A stretch of 63,882 nt of DNA, counting the filler, from Acidimicrobiia bacterium (GTDB lineage: Bacteria > Actinomycetota > Acidimicrobiia > Spongiisociales > JAENVV01): NCBI GenBank assembly GCA_041577335.1. It is 3 parts of 3 records of this genome, joined end to end, with 100 filler letters (N's around TTAATTAATTAA, not from the genome) between each part and the next. Parts side by side here need not be neighbours in the genome. Positions count along the whole stretch, not along the records: positions 22,221 to 43,548 come from JBFGJH010000058.1; 2 more parts are not named here. The stretch is one strand, 5' to 3'. Numbering within the stretch: position 1 is the stretch's first letter; every line of letters starts with the position of its first letter. Made by a program: the position numbers and the translations under genes. Below are positions 28,625-38,503 of the stretch, one piece after another. The notes below the pieces were generated by a model. It was not told the origin of the DNA, did no database searches, and saw only the letters and a program-made list of their open reading frames with translations.

Positions 28625-28653
28625 GCAACCGCCGACCGACGGTCGGCGGTTGC
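28625..28653. terminator. Hairpin between convergent genes
   Basis: GCAACCGCCGACC-GAC-GGTCGGCGGTTGC. Confidence 0.7.
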
Positions 28654-28697
28654 TGGTTGGTTGAATCGAGCTTGCTCGGAAGCAACAGAGCGTCTTG

Positions 28698-29180
28698 TCA
28701 CATTCCCGGAAGCGGGGTCAGTCCGTACCGCTGAATCACGTCCGGCAGCCAGTCGGGCTGGGCAAACGGCAGCGAATATCTGCCTGCCAGCTCGACCATT
28801 GCCTCGAAGTCAGGAGCGCCGGACGCCGTCAAGTCGGACAAGCCTCGGAAGAAATTCTCAGACCCTGCTGGCGTGATCACCTCGATCATTCGCGCGGGCG
28901 TCGACCCGGCATTCCACATCGCATGGACCTGATTCCTCGGCTTGACGATGTACCCGCCCGCAGCCAGTACCACTTCCTGATCTTCGGACCGGAATCCGAT
29001 CTCCCCTTCGAGCACATATGAGATCTCATCTTCGAGATGGTGAACGTGCGGTGGCACGAGAGCTCCGACCGCGAAGGGGTGTTCGACGATCGAGACCAAA
29101 CCCCCCGTGTCAGCCCCGTCGATCTTGAACTGCACACCGATCCCGTCTAGAAGGTCGCCAGTATCACCTCCATGCGGTCG
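28698..29180 (-). CDS. Cupin-domain protein; start unclear, possibly 5'-truncated
   Basis: PPHVHHLEDEISYVLEG..KPRNQVHAMWN. No ATG/GTG/TTG lies near the domain start; the first one is at 29411. Confidence 0.7.
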   Translation of the reverse strand, partial: RPHGGDTGDLLDGIGVQFKIDGADTGGLVSIVEHPFAVGALVPPHVHHLEDEISYVLEGEIGFRSEDQEVVLAAGGYIVKPRNQVHAMWNAGSTPARMIEVITPAGSENFFRGLSDLTASGAPDFEAMVELAGRYSLPFAQPDWLPDVIQRYGLTPLPGM

Positions 29181-29520
29181 GTCAGGGGATCCGGCGCACG
29201 TGGCCGTCGCCGGCAGCGACAGATGGCGGTGGCAACTCTCGTTACCTCGTTCGGGACTTGGTGGTCCTTGGCAATTGAATCCGGGCTCGACGATGCGCAG
29301 GCCGTTGACATCGCGACTGGCTTCTCGCTTCGGTATGAGAGCCGCGGCGTTGCTGCGGATAATCGGTTCTCGGGAGCATCCCAGTGACGTAGGAGAACCT
29401 CGCGCGACCACCGATTTCTGCCAGCGCGTGGTTCACCAAACCATGGATTAGAAAGGGACTGTTGCCTCTTGTCCATACCCCCAGACCGGCGTTGACTGGG
29501 ACGGAGAGAGGAGGTATCTG

Positions 29521-30030
29521 ATGCGAGATGTAACGCTCGCGAAGACGAGAGGTTACGGCTGGAAAGCCGGCGAATGGCTCATGGGGGTGTTCGGCGGTGT
29601 CGCAGCCTTCCTTGGATTCTTCATCATGTTCGGACCTGAAGAGGACTATGTGGGACTAGGTGGCGACGTCGCCTGGCAGGTCGGGGAAATCTCGTCGGCT
29701 TGGATGTATGGACTCATCATCGGTGGACTGGTACTCCTCGCCGGCACACTGGCCTTGATCATCGCCGGTCGGTCGAGGACTCCGGTGGCTTCTACGCCAC
29801 GCGGAGATCTGTTGTGGCACAGCGGAGTGTTCGTTCTGGTCAATGCCTTCCTGTGGGCCCAGGACTTCGCGCTTGGGACCGGGCTCGACTACGCCTACCT
29901 GGTGACGATCCCATGGGGTATCGGCCTCGCGTTCCACGGCTACCGGTACTTCTCTGGCGATCTGGATGCGGAACCGATGCTCGAGACGGGAGCGGCGGAG
30001 CAGGAGCAGAAAGAGCTTCAGTACCACTGA
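29521..30030 (+). CDS. Membrane protein with a C-terminal 2TM domain
   Basis: HSGVFVLVNAFLW..PWGIGLAFHG. SD GAGGAGG. Confidence 0.8.
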   Translation: MRDVTLAKTRGYGWKAGEWLMGVFGGVAAFLGFFIMFGPEEDYVGLGGDVAWQVGEISSAWMYGLIIGGLVLLAGTLALIIAGRSRTPVASTPRGDLLWHSGVFVLVNAFLWAQDFALGTGLDYAYLVTIPWGIGLAFHGYRYFSGDLDAEPMLETGAAEQEQKELQYH

Positions 30031-30074
30031 GGCGAACCCACTGAATCCGAATCTGAGCTGAGGCTTGGCTCCGA

Positions 30075-33000
30075 TCAGTTGGTCAGTGAACGGGCGAAGG
30101 CGGCTCCCATCAGGTTGCCCTTTTGCTCGTAGAGACGGTGGGCAGCTTCCGCCGCCTCGATGCTGCGCCGGCGATGGCCGGCGAGTCCCAGGACCTCCGC
30201 CCGGACCGCGGCCGCATCGGCGGAAAGGTTCAAGAACCCCGACGGCGCCATATCCATGGCTTCGGCGGCCAGGACCTCGGCGGATTCGTGCGCTCCCGAG
30301 CGCGCCAGCAGCAGCGCGCAGGCGGTGCGCCACGCCATCTGGGAGCCAACCGATTCGACCGGTGCCTCTTCCCGGCTGGTGCGGGCCAGTGGTTCGGCCT
30401 CGTCCACCCTGCCCTGCCGCAGCAGTAGGCGGGCGAGTTCGGCGGCGATCACCGACACTTGCTCGGGTTCTCGTTGCTCGGTGTTGCGTCGCAGCGCATC
30501 GCGCAGGAGCGCCTCGGCGGATTCGATGTCGCCCGCCAGGAGTCCGACGTGCCCCGCTCGCAGGACGATATGGGCCACGGGCCGCCGGGCCCGCACGGTC
30601 TCTCGGAGGATCCGGCGGGCATCTGCGATCAGCTGCCGGGCCTGCTCGAAGTCTCCAGTCATTGCCAGCAGAAACGCCAGCGACGCGGCAACGCCGGGAT
30701 TGTTCCCGTCGCCCATGAGTTCCCGGCATCGGTCGACAGCCTCCGGGACCGACCGCGGTCCCTCTTCGAGCGCCAGGGCCATCATCCACGGGCCGGCAAC
30801 GGCTTCCCGAGGGCTGCCCGAGCGTTCTGCGTGGCCGAGGGAGCGGGTGGCGGCCGCCTCCATCGCTTGGGCGTCGCCGCGGCGCCGGTGGATGTCGACG
30901 AGCACCCGCTCGACCTGGGCGAGGCCCAGGTCGTCGCCGGCACCCTCGAACACCCGGCGGGCTCTGGCGGTCTCGGCTTGGAGTTCGGCGAGCGTGATCG
31001 GATCCGGTCCGGAGATGAGACGAGCCCACACCCGCTCCACCCGAAGGAAATGGTGGAGCGTCGGGTCTGCGTCCTCGCCGGCGTCGTTGATCAGTTCATC
31101 GAGGAGCATGACGGCTTCGGTCTGTTTGGCCATCACTTGATGGCTCTCGGCCAGGTACCTGCGGGTGGTGAACCCGTCGGGATGGCCTGCGGGGAGGAGC
31201 TGGTTGGCCCGGACGAGCAGATTCTCCGCAGCCACGATGTCGAGCCTGCGAAACGCCAGGACTCCCGCCCGCCCGAGGTGTTCTCCGGCCCGGCGGGCGA
31301 GGCGGCCGCAGTGCTCGTCGTCGAGGCTCAGGTCGGTCCGGTACGCGACCGCCTGCTCCAGGTGATAGCCGACAAGCTCATCGAAGTCGCCGAGATCACC
31401 GTCGGCCGACCGTTCGAGCACCTCTACGACCTGTTCGTGGAGCTGCGCCCGACTCTCCTTCGTGACGCTTTGGTAGGCGGCGAGCCGGATGAGCGCGTGG
31501 CGGAAGTCGAAGTGGCCATTGGAACGCACCAGCAGCCGCTTGCGTTCGAGAGCCTCGAGATGGGTGGCGATTCCTGGGCGAGCCGCGTCAGGCAGCAGGC
31601 CGGCCACTTCGGCGACCCGAAATCGCCTTCCCCAGACCGAGGCGGCACGGACCAAGCTCTGTTCTGCCGGCCCGAGGCGGTCGAGGCGCGCGGCGAGGAG
31701 CGCCCTGATCGAGGGAGGAATGGTGGCCTCGTCAGATTCCCGCAACGCCGCCATCATTTGCTCGACGAATAGCGGATTGCCTCCGGCCAGTTCCACCACC
31801 TGCTGGGCGCGCTCGTAGGGCACGCTGGTGCTGGCCAGCTCCAGCTTGACGAGTTCGCCGACCTGCTCGGGGGGAAGCGGTTCGAGCGTGAGCGCCCACC
31901 TCTTCGGAGCGCCCGTGGCCCATTGCGGGCGCTCGTCCAGGAATTCGGGGCGAGCCAGACAGAGCAGCATGAGGGCGCCTTCGACTGAGTCGGCCAGGTA
32001 TTCGACGAGGTCGACGAAGGTGGGTTGGGACCAATGCAGGTCCTCGATAACCGCCACGAGAGGTCGATCGAGGCACAGCGACTCGAAGAACGACCGTATG
32101 GCGCGGTAGAGGACGTCAGGCCGGCCGGCTTCTTCGGACCCGATGGCTCCGGCAAGCGCGGCCGCCACCGGCCCGGCGTCTGCGGCGGGCAGGATCCGGG
32201 CGATCCGCTCGCGCTCGACGCCGCCGGCGGCCCCTTCGACGATCTCGCGAAGCGGCCAGAAGGTGATGCCATCGCCGTAGGGCGGGCAGTGTCCGGTGAG
32301 GTGTCGGGCGCGGCCGTCGAGGCCGGCGACGAACTCGCCGGCCAGGCGCGACTTGCCGATGCCGGCCTCGCCGGAGATGACCACCCGGAGGGGGCGGCGG
32401 GTTTTCGAGGCGGTGCGCAAGGCCCGGTCGAGCGTGGCGAGCTCGTCGGTCCTTCCCACCAGGGGGGTGGCCGGCGACTCCGGTCCGGCCGGTGCGTCGA
32501 CAGAGACGACCCGCCATGCCATCAGGCGGCCGCCCTCGTCGCCGAGGAGCGGTGCAACCGGCTCGACGTGGACCAGGTTGCGGACCAGCCTTCGGGTCTC
32601 GTCGCCGATGAGGATGTCGCCAGGGCCCGCCGCCTGCTGAAGTCTGGCGGCGAGGCGCACGGTCGAGCCTGCGTAGCCACCGCCGGTGACGGGAGGCGGT
32701 CCGGCGACGACCTCGCCGGTGTTGATGCCGATCCGGATTCCCGGCGCGACGCCGGGGCGTCCTCCGATCTCGGCGGTTCGCTCGACGATCTCGTCGGCGG
32801 CCGCCACTGCGCGTCGGGCGTCGTCCTCGTGGGCGACGGGCACGCCGAACACCGCCACGACCACGCCGCCGACGGTGCCCTCCACCGTCCCGCCATGCCG
32901 GTGGAGGGCCTGGTTGGCGATCGCTTGCACCTGCCGGGTGATGGTCAGCGCCGTCTCCGGATCGGCGTCGCGATCTCCTGCCCCGCCGCCACCCACGAAG

Positions 33001-33833
33001 ACCACCGTGACGTCGCGGCGGCTCTCAGCCAGGAGAGGAGCCAGTGGGGGGTCGTTGGCGGAGGCCGTGGTGGCGGGCCCGGGGTCGGGTATCTGGAGGG
33101 ATGGGTCGTGGTCGAGGATGGCCTGGTAGATGTCGCGCAGGTCCGGGCCTGGGTCGATGCCGAGTTCTTCGCCCAGGATCTGCGCTGCGTCTCGGTAGAC
33201 GCCGAGCGCTCTCCGCTGGTCGCCGAGCCGGTAGAAGACGAGCATTGCCAACGCCCGCAGCCGCTCCCGAAACGGATGCTCGGCGATCAGCAGCTCGAGT
33301 TCCCCGACGACGGCGGCGTGGTGGCCGAGTTCCAGCTCGGCGCCGATGCGCGCTTCTGCCGCGCCGAGCCTCAGCTCTTCCAGGGCGGCGATCTCCGTCT
33401 GTGCGAACGGTTCGTACGTGAAATTGGCCAGAGCCGGTCCTCGCCATAGGGAGAGCGCCTCGGAGAGGAGACTGGCCTGCTCGGCGGGGGGTAGCTCGCG
33501 GGCCCGGTCGACCATGGCTCGGAACCGTATGGCGTCGACGGCGTCGGGTGGGAGCGCCAGGGCGTAGCCGGGGGACCGGGTATCGATCAACCGTTGGTCG
33601 CCGTCGTTCTGCTGTGCGGCCTTGCGGAGGCTGGAAACCAAGCCGTGGAGCTTGGCGCGAGCGGTGACCGGAGGTGCGGCGCCCCAGAGGTCGTCGATCA
33701 ATCTGTCGATCGATACGACCTGGCCACCGTGGACGCCGAGGATGGCGAGAAGGGCTCGGGCACGCCCCCCGGGCAGGGAGAGCGCCCCTCGTTCGCCGGT
33801 CACCTCGAGCGGCCCAAGGATTCGAACTTCCAT
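30075..33833 (-). CDS. SARP (wHTH-BTAD) + cyclase-homology + AAA ATPase + TPR regulator
   Basis: VRILGPLEV, LIDDLWG, ALSLWRGPAL, EHPFRE, EELGIDPGP; HEDDARRAV..RIGINTGEV..AARLQQAA; LVGR..GEAGIGKSRL; EDLHW; GGNPLF. Confidence 0.92.
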   Translation of the reverse strand: MEVRILGPLEVTGERGALSLPGGRARALLAILGVHGGQVVSIDRLIDDLWGAAPPVTARAKLHGLVSSLRKAAQQNDGDQRLIDTRSPGYALALPPDAVDAIRFRAMVDRARELPPAEQASLLSEALSLWRGPALANFTYEPFAQTEIAALEELRLGAAEARIGAELELGHHAAVVGELELLIAEHPFRERLRALAMLVFYRLGDQRRALGVYRDAAQILGEELGIDPGPDLRDIYQAILDHDPSLQIPDPGPATTASANDPPLAPLLAESRRDVTVVFVGGGGAGDRDADPETALTITRQVQAIANQALHRHGGTVEGTVGGVVVAVFGVPVAHEDDARRAVAAADEIVERTAEIGGRPGVAPGIRIGINTGEVVAGPPPVTGGGYAGSTVRLAARLQQAAGPGDILIGDETRRLVRNLVHVEPVAPLLGDEGGRLMAWRVVSVDAPAGPESPATPLVGRTDELATLDRALRTASKTRRPLRVVISGEAGIGKSRLAGEFVAGLDGRARHLTGHCPPYGDGITFWPLREIVEGAAGGVERERIARILPAADAGPVAAALAGAIGSEEAGRPDVLYRAIRSFFESLCLDRPLVAVIEDLHWSQPTFVDLVEYLADSVEGALMLLCLARPEFLDERPQWATGAPKRWALTLEPLPPEQVGELVKLELASTSVPYERAQQVVELAGGNPLFVEQMMAALRESDEATIPPSIRALLAARLDRLGPAEQSLVRAASVWGRRFRVAEVAGLLPDAARPGIATHLEALERKRLLVRSNGHFDFRHALIRLAAYQSVTKESRAQLHEQVVEVLERSADGDLGDFDELVGYHLEQAVAYRTDLSLDDEHCGRLARRAGEHLGRAGVLAFRRLDIVAAENLLVRANQLLPAGHPDGFTTRRYLAESHQVMAKQTEAVMLLDELINDAGEDADPTLHHFLRVERVWARLISGPDPITLAELQAETARARRVFEGAGDDLGLAQVERVLVDIHRRRGDAQAMEAAATRSLGHAERSGSPREAVAGPWMMALALEEGPRSVPEAVDRCRELMGDGNNPGVAASLAFLLAMTGDFEQARQLIADARRILRETVRARRPVAHIVLRAGHVGLLAGDIESAEALLRDALRRNTEQREPEQVSVIAAELARLLLRQGRVDEAEPLARTSREEAPVESVGSQMAWRTACALLLARSGAHESAEVLAAEAMDMAPSGFLNLSADAAAVRAEVLGLAGHRRRSIEAAEAAHRLYEQKGNLMGAAFARSLTN

Positions 33834-33882
33834 CGAGATCCTCGCCTCCTCGCCGTCCAACTATATCGATCCGCCCTACGGC

Positions 33883-33899
33883 CGTTAGGGGAGCGTTAG
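33883..33899 (+). promoter_or_regulatory. Candidate SARP binding direct repeat
   Basis: CGTTAG at 33883 and 33894 (11-nt period), upstream of a possible -10 GACGAT at 33910. Confidence 0.45.
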
Positions 33900-33949
33900 C
33901 CGGCCACAGGACGATGTCGCCCAGGGCTGTCGGCAGAAAGGAGAATGAA

Positions 33950-34351
33950 ATGGCCGAGCCGCTGATCCTTATCAACACATACCGGGTGGTACCCGGCAAG
34001 GAAGAGGAGTACTTCGAACGGTTCGGGGAGGTCGTCGACATTGTCGAGGCCAACGAGCCGAAGATGCTGTACTTCGCAGAGCACGTGAGCGAAGACGGCG
34101 CGTGGACCTCGACCGTCCAGGTCCACGCCGACGCGGAGAACCTGGGCTACCACATGAAACTGGTGGAAGACCACATCCGGGAGGCCGCTGAGTACATCGA
34201 CTGGTCCTCGATGTCGATCCAGCTGTTCGGGTCGCCGGGGCAGGCGGTGCTCGAGCAGATGCGTCAGCTGGCCGGGTCTGGGGTGTCGGTTTCTATCAGC
34301 CCGGCGAAGGTGAGCTTCGACCGATTCTTGGTGCCCGCCCAAGGGGCCTAG
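33950..34351 (+). CDS. Dimeric alpha-beta barrel (ABM-like) protein
   Basis: SD AAAGGAG before ATG 33950. Sequence VVPGKEEEY..VEANEPKML..VQVHADA. Confidence 0.8.
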   Translation: MAEPLILINTYRVVPGKEEEYFERFGEVVDIVEANEPKMLYFAEHVSEDGAWTSTVQVHADAENLGYHMKLVEDHIREAAEYIDWSSMSIQLFGSPGQAVLEQMRQLAGSGVSVSISPAKVSFDRFLVPAQGA

Positions 34352-34373
34352 TTGCGTCGTCGAGACGACGGCC

Positions 34374-34404
34374 CGAGGCCGTCCGGGGACCCCGGACGGC
34401 CTCG
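34374..34404 (+). terminator. Hairpin after the ABM-like gene
   Basis: CGAGGCCGTCCGGG-GAC-CCCGGACGGCCTCG. Confidence 0.7.
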
Positions 34405-34709
34405 CTGCGCTCCCCGCCACCCCATGACCTTCCTGCGCGAACGGCCGGAATCCTCTGATCGGCGCCGCGCATCTCAGTCATCGCCACATGTGCTGGCGAG
34501 GCCGGCGGAGAGAGCGGCCAGTTGAGCGTCGTCGAGTCGCGCCTCGGGATGGCGAGCAAGAACATATAAGGAGGCATCGAACCTCCTTGTGTTTGTGGAT
34601 GAGTGGTGTGCCCGGATGGGAGGTCCGGTTAGGCCTGACATGTGACATCCGCCTCTTCTGATGGGCTCGCTCCTGGTAGATGATGGTCGTGACGTACTCG
34701 GGGGGGTGC

Positions 34710-35207
34710 ATGATGCGTCGGATCATCGGATTGTTGGTAGTTGTATTGCTGGTCGCCGGATGTTCGGGCCGGCCACTCGCGGTTGAGTTCTCGCATCCGC
34801 AAGAACAGGGGTTGATCCCGTTCGCAGCGACCGGTCCGGCAGTGGAACAGGCAGATGTCTGCGATGCCGGGATGATGGAGATCGTCAGTTTGGAATCGGT
34901 GGAAGGTGACCCGATCACCGATGAGGACTGGGCCACGATATTCGACGCAGCAATGGCCAATGGGGGCGTCGCAGAGATGTACGTCATGGCCGACTACTCC
35001 TGCGACGACGGGTCGGGGACTTTTGTGATGAGATTCCACAACCGGATCGACTTCGCCACATTCGAGTTTGAAGGTCAGCAGGCGGTCGGCACATGGGAGA
35101 TCGATACGGGGACGGCCGATTATGCGGGCCTCACCGGTTCGGGTAACGCCACCCTCGACTGGGACAGCGAAGAAGCGATCTACGAGGGAGAGCTCGACGC
35201 GGGCTAG
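34710..35207 (+). CDS. Hypothetical lipoprotein
   Basis: MMRRIIGLLVVVLLVAGC lipobox. Acidic beta-rich body with GTWEIDTGTADYAGLTGSG. Confidence 0.8.
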   Translation: MMRRIIGLLVVVLLVAGCSGRPLAVEFSHPQEQGLIPFAATGPAVEQADVCDAGMMEIVSLESVEGDPITDEDWATIFDAAMANGGVAEMYVMADYSCDDGSGTFVMRFHNRIDFATFEFEGQQAVGTWEIDTGTADYAGLTGSGNATLDWDSEEAIYEGELDAG

Positions 35208-35392
35208 GAGCGACTTCGTTGATAGCGCACAAACGGCTCGGCCTTCACCTACTCCTCTGCGGATGGCAACTGGCAGCACCGACCCACTGATTGTGCCGCC
35301 AGCCGGACCATTCAATATGGGTCGCTTGCCTCTGGCGGCGATGGAAGAGGCGTGCTCTCATTGGATGAGTCAAGGCCGGCCGGGAGGTCGAT

Positions 35393-36067
35393 ATGGCAAC
35401 TGCTATGCGCGCGCATACGGCTCCAAGCAAGACATTCATCGATGGCCGTGGGAAGACGATCACGACCTTCGTGGTATTCGAGATCGTGCGTGAACTCCGA
35501 GATCTCAACGTTGGTGATCTCGTTGAGGTTCTGACTGACGAGTTTCCGCCCTTCCTCGCAGACATTGCCGCGTGGTGTTCCGCCACGGGACACCTGCTTC
35601 TTGTATCCGAACAAACAGAGGAGGGACACCGCTTTCTCGTAGAGAAATCCGACCAGGTCGAAAGGGGCGTCAGCCTGGCCATGGTGATCTCGAGCGCCGG
35701 TCTATCGGAGCTGTTGTCTCCGCTCGGATTCGCATTGGCGGGCGCTCTATCAGGTGTCGACGTCCACCTCTATTTCCAAGGGCCCGCCGTTCGAGTTTTG
35801 ACTCGCGGATACCACCCCAGGTTGAGCGGGTGGGCGCGACCGTTCAGCAGGTTTGCCTTGGCGGCGATGGCTGAGGGCGGTCACATTCCACCAAGCGAGA
35901 AGCTGGAGCAGCTCCGTTCCCTCGGCGCGAAGTTCTATGTCTGTGGTGGTTCGCTGGAGCCGTTCAAGGTGACACCCGATGACCTCGTATTCGACGACCT
36001 GCCGATTATCGAATACCTGTCTTTCATGCCAATCATGGAAGCGGCCACCGTTCAGATGTACGTGTGA
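35393..36067 (+). CDS. TusA-like + DsrE-like fusion protein
   Basis: IDGRG..GDLVEVLTD..DIAAWCSATGH..FLVEK (TusA fold, no CPxP); VHLYFQGPAV..GAKFYVCGGS (DsrE). Confidence 0.82.
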   Translation: MATAMRAHTAPSKTFIDGRGKTITTFVVFEIVRELRDLNVGDLVEVLTDEFPPFLADIAAWCSATGHLLLVSEQTEEGHRFLVEKSDQVERGVSLAMVISSAGLSELLSPLGFALAGALSGVDVHLYFQGPAVRVLTRGYHPRLSGWARPFSRFALAAMAEGGHIPPSEKLEQLRSLGAKFYVCGGSLEPFKVTPDDLVFDDLPIIEYLSFMPIMEAATVQMYV

Positions 36068-36127
36068 AACTCGTGCCCACCCGCGAGCCCGCCGTTTGGT
36101 TCAAGGTGGGTGGTGCCCACTCGCAGC

Positions 36128-36152
36128 ATCCGCCTGGCGTCGCCAGGCGGAT
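36128..36152 (+). terminator. Hairpin
   Basis: ATCCGCCTGGC-GTC-GCCAGGCGGAT. Confidence 0.55.
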
Positions 36153-36266
36153 CTGGTCGTCGTAAAACCGCAGTCGTCCTGCTCAACATCCCGTAGGCGC
36201 GCTCGCGGTGTTGCCCCAGCATGCCGCGTGTAGGGTCGAAATGCGCCGCCAGCAAGGACCGCCGCG

Positions 36267-37736
36267 ATGGAGCAACGCGAAGAAATCACCGTTCTGATCC
36301 ACGGCACGTTCGCCAACATGCCGCCCGAGCCTGGCAAGGCGCCACTTCCGCTCTGGTGGCGCCCGACCGAGGAGGGTCTCACCGCCGAACGTCTCCGCGA
36401 GGCTCTCGAGAAGCGAAATCCGTCATTGGCAGACACGGTGTGGCGGCCGGGCGCCGATCCACGCGACGGCGACATGACCTACGAACGATTGGTGGAGTGG
36501 TCGAGCGCCAACAAGCACAAAGATCGCGTCAAAGCCGCTCGGCAGCTGACCGGCTCGCTGAGGATGCTCGCCGATCGTCGGGGCTGCACGGCAAACAATC
36601 CCCTTCACGTGAACTACGTCGCCCATTCGCACGGTGGCAATGTGGTGCTCGAATCGCTCAAGTACGTTGGCCAAGCTGACACCGTCAAGCCCCGGCAGGT
36701 GACGCTGCTGGGCACCCCCCTCACGTGGCGATACACCGACCCGCGCTTGATCTACTTGTCGATCCTGTTCTTTTTCTTCTTCACCTGGATCAGCTTGGAG
36801 GTCGCCTGGTTCGCCGACTGGGGTCTCAACCAGACCGACGTCGATGCGCTCACCCTGCCGGAGGAGATCATCTTGTCGATCGTTCTCCTGGTCGGTCTCT
36901 TCTGGATCGCGTTCTTTTTCATCCGGTTCCTCCGGCGCATCATCGGGGGAAGCCGAGGAAAGCCCGCCTACGGCCCCGATCCCCAGGACTTGATCGACAA
37001 GTTGGGATCGCGACCGGTGGCGCTGGTCATCAGCGAAGAGGACGAGGCCGATCTCATGCTTCAGCTCGGCGCTGCGCCCTTGGACACGTACCGGGCGCTG
37101 GTGCGAGGGCGCCCGGGCTTGAAAGGAGTCGGGTTAGTTCAGAAGATCGTGCGGACGCCCCTCCGTCTCATCGAGATCTTCCTCATTCGTCCGTTCGCGT
37201 ACGCCATCGTTGTCCCTCTGATCGAGATCTTGCTCGAACGGTTCGGGCTGGGATTTCCGTTCCGGTCGGTGATGTTCCGCAACTATGAGATGACCACCTG
37301 GACGAGGAATGATCCTTATGTGGGGGTGATCGAAAAGGTTTCGATCGATGCCGATCTGCTCGGAAAGGCTCAGCAGGAGGCGGCCGAGCGCGCTCAAGAG
37401 CGGGCCGATGCAGAGCAGGCGTCGCTCGCCGATGGAAACCCGCCAACCGTTCCGGCACAGCCCAAACAGGTGACGGAGCGAGAGCGGATCCACGAGCTCC
37501 GCATGACCTTGCTGGAGACTCTGGGAGGCCTGAAGAAGCAGGTCCACCTGAGCCACTCGGGGTACTACCAGGCGCAGTCGATCATCGAGGGAGTCGCAGC
37601 GCTCATTGTCTCCCCAGACGAATCGATAGGCAGGGCAATCGAGGCGTTCAAGGCGGACCAAAAGGCCGTCGGCGCCGCCACGGAAGCGAGCTTGATTCAG
37701 GCACCAGCGTCTAGCTCTCCCCAGGGAGGCCTGTGA
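36267..37736 (+). CDS. Membrane-associated alpha/beta-hydrolase-fold protein
   Basis: LIHGTFA, VAHSHGGNV, LLGTP, inserted TM helices, C-terminal HSGYY. Confidence 0.7.
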   Translation: MEQREEITVLIHGTFANMPPEPGKAPLPLWWRPTEEGLTAERLREALEKRNPSLADTVWRPGADPRDGDMTYERLVEWSSANKHKDRVKAARQLTGSLRMLADRRGCTANNPLHVNYVAHSHGGNVVLESLKYVGQADTVKPRQVTLLGTPLTWRYTDPRLIYLSILFFFFFTWISLEVAWFADWGLNQTDVDALTLPEEIILSIVLLVGLFWIAFFFIRFLRRIIGGSRGKPAYGPDPQDLIDKLGSRPVALVISEEDEADLMLQLGAAPLDTYRALVRGRPGLKGVGLVQKIVRTPLRLIEIFLIRPFAYAIVVPLIEILLERFGLGFPFRSVMFRNYEMTTWTRNDPYVGVIEKVSIDADLLGKAQQEAAERAQERADAEQASLADGNPPTVPAQPKQVTERERIHELRMTLLETLGGLKKQVHLSHSGYYQAQSIIEGVAALIVSPDESIGRAIEAFKADQKAVGAATEASLIQAPASSSPQGGL

Positions 37737-37883
37737 TTGCTGCGGGCCCCAGGATGGGGACTCGCTGAACGCTCGCCGATGTCGAGCCGGCACACGCATC
37801 GAAACGCGATCTTCAAGGGGGCTGCCGGCGCCTAGAAGAGAAAGCGGGCACCGGTCCAACCGCCGGATTCAACCGGACTCGGC

Positions 37884-38381
37884 TTAGACGGGTATCAGCT
37901 GCCCGCTGGCCTCGATGTAGGTCCAGCCGTCCATGTTGGGCGGCTCGATTCCGAGCTGAGTCAGAATCGTCGCGATCTGAGAACGGTGCTCGGTGCCATG
38001 GTTGATGGCCTGGAGCAGAAACAGCCCAACCGGCATGGTCCAGGATCCTGGTGGGTCGTCGCCGGTGACGACCACCTCTCGGTCGACATCGGACTGAGCC
38101 ACCGCAAGTTCGAGGGCGGAGTCGCCGTCGGCCATTCGTTCTGCCAGCGCCGCGAGACCGGGGAACGGATGCTCAGGAAGCCGGTCGGGCCGCTGACCGT
38201 CGAGAAGACGGGCTGCGTAGCTCTCCTGGGCATTGGCGATATGGACGAGGGTTGCCCCAATGCTCCCGTACGTTCCGGTGGCGGTGGCGTCGAGCTGCCC
38301 GGCTGTGAGGTCTCGACATGCTGAAATGATGCGACCATTCATCATCGAATTGTGGTGAAAGAATTCTTGAATGAGCTCCAT
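37884..38381 (-). CDS. DinB family protein
   Basis: GTYGSIGATLVHI, QAINHGTEHRSQI..LTQLGIEPP. TAGGGT-N6-ATG. Confidence 0.9.
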   Translation of the reverse strand: MELIQEFFHHNSMMNGRIISACRDLTAGQLDATATGTYGSIGATLVHIANAQESYAARLLDGQRPDRLPEHPFPGLAALAERMADGDSALELAVAQSDVDREVVVTGDDPPGSWTMPVGLFLLQAINHGTEHRSQIATILTQLGIEPPNMDGWTYIEASGQLIPV

Positions 38382-38503
38382 CTGGGGACCCTAGCCATCT
38401 CTGATTCGACCGGCATGAAGACGATGGGGATGTCCGCCCCACGGCGGGCATCTTCGCGGGTACGGTTGGAACCTGGCTCCCTCGCGCTAGGAAGGAATAC
38501 GTC

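Noticed and set aside
34296..34577. Minus-strand ORF MPPYMFLL with a strong SD (AAGGAGG)
   Set aside because: It could be a YciI-like remnant, but it soon becomes non-protein-like and runs through a hairpin into the convergent gene. Not enough support.
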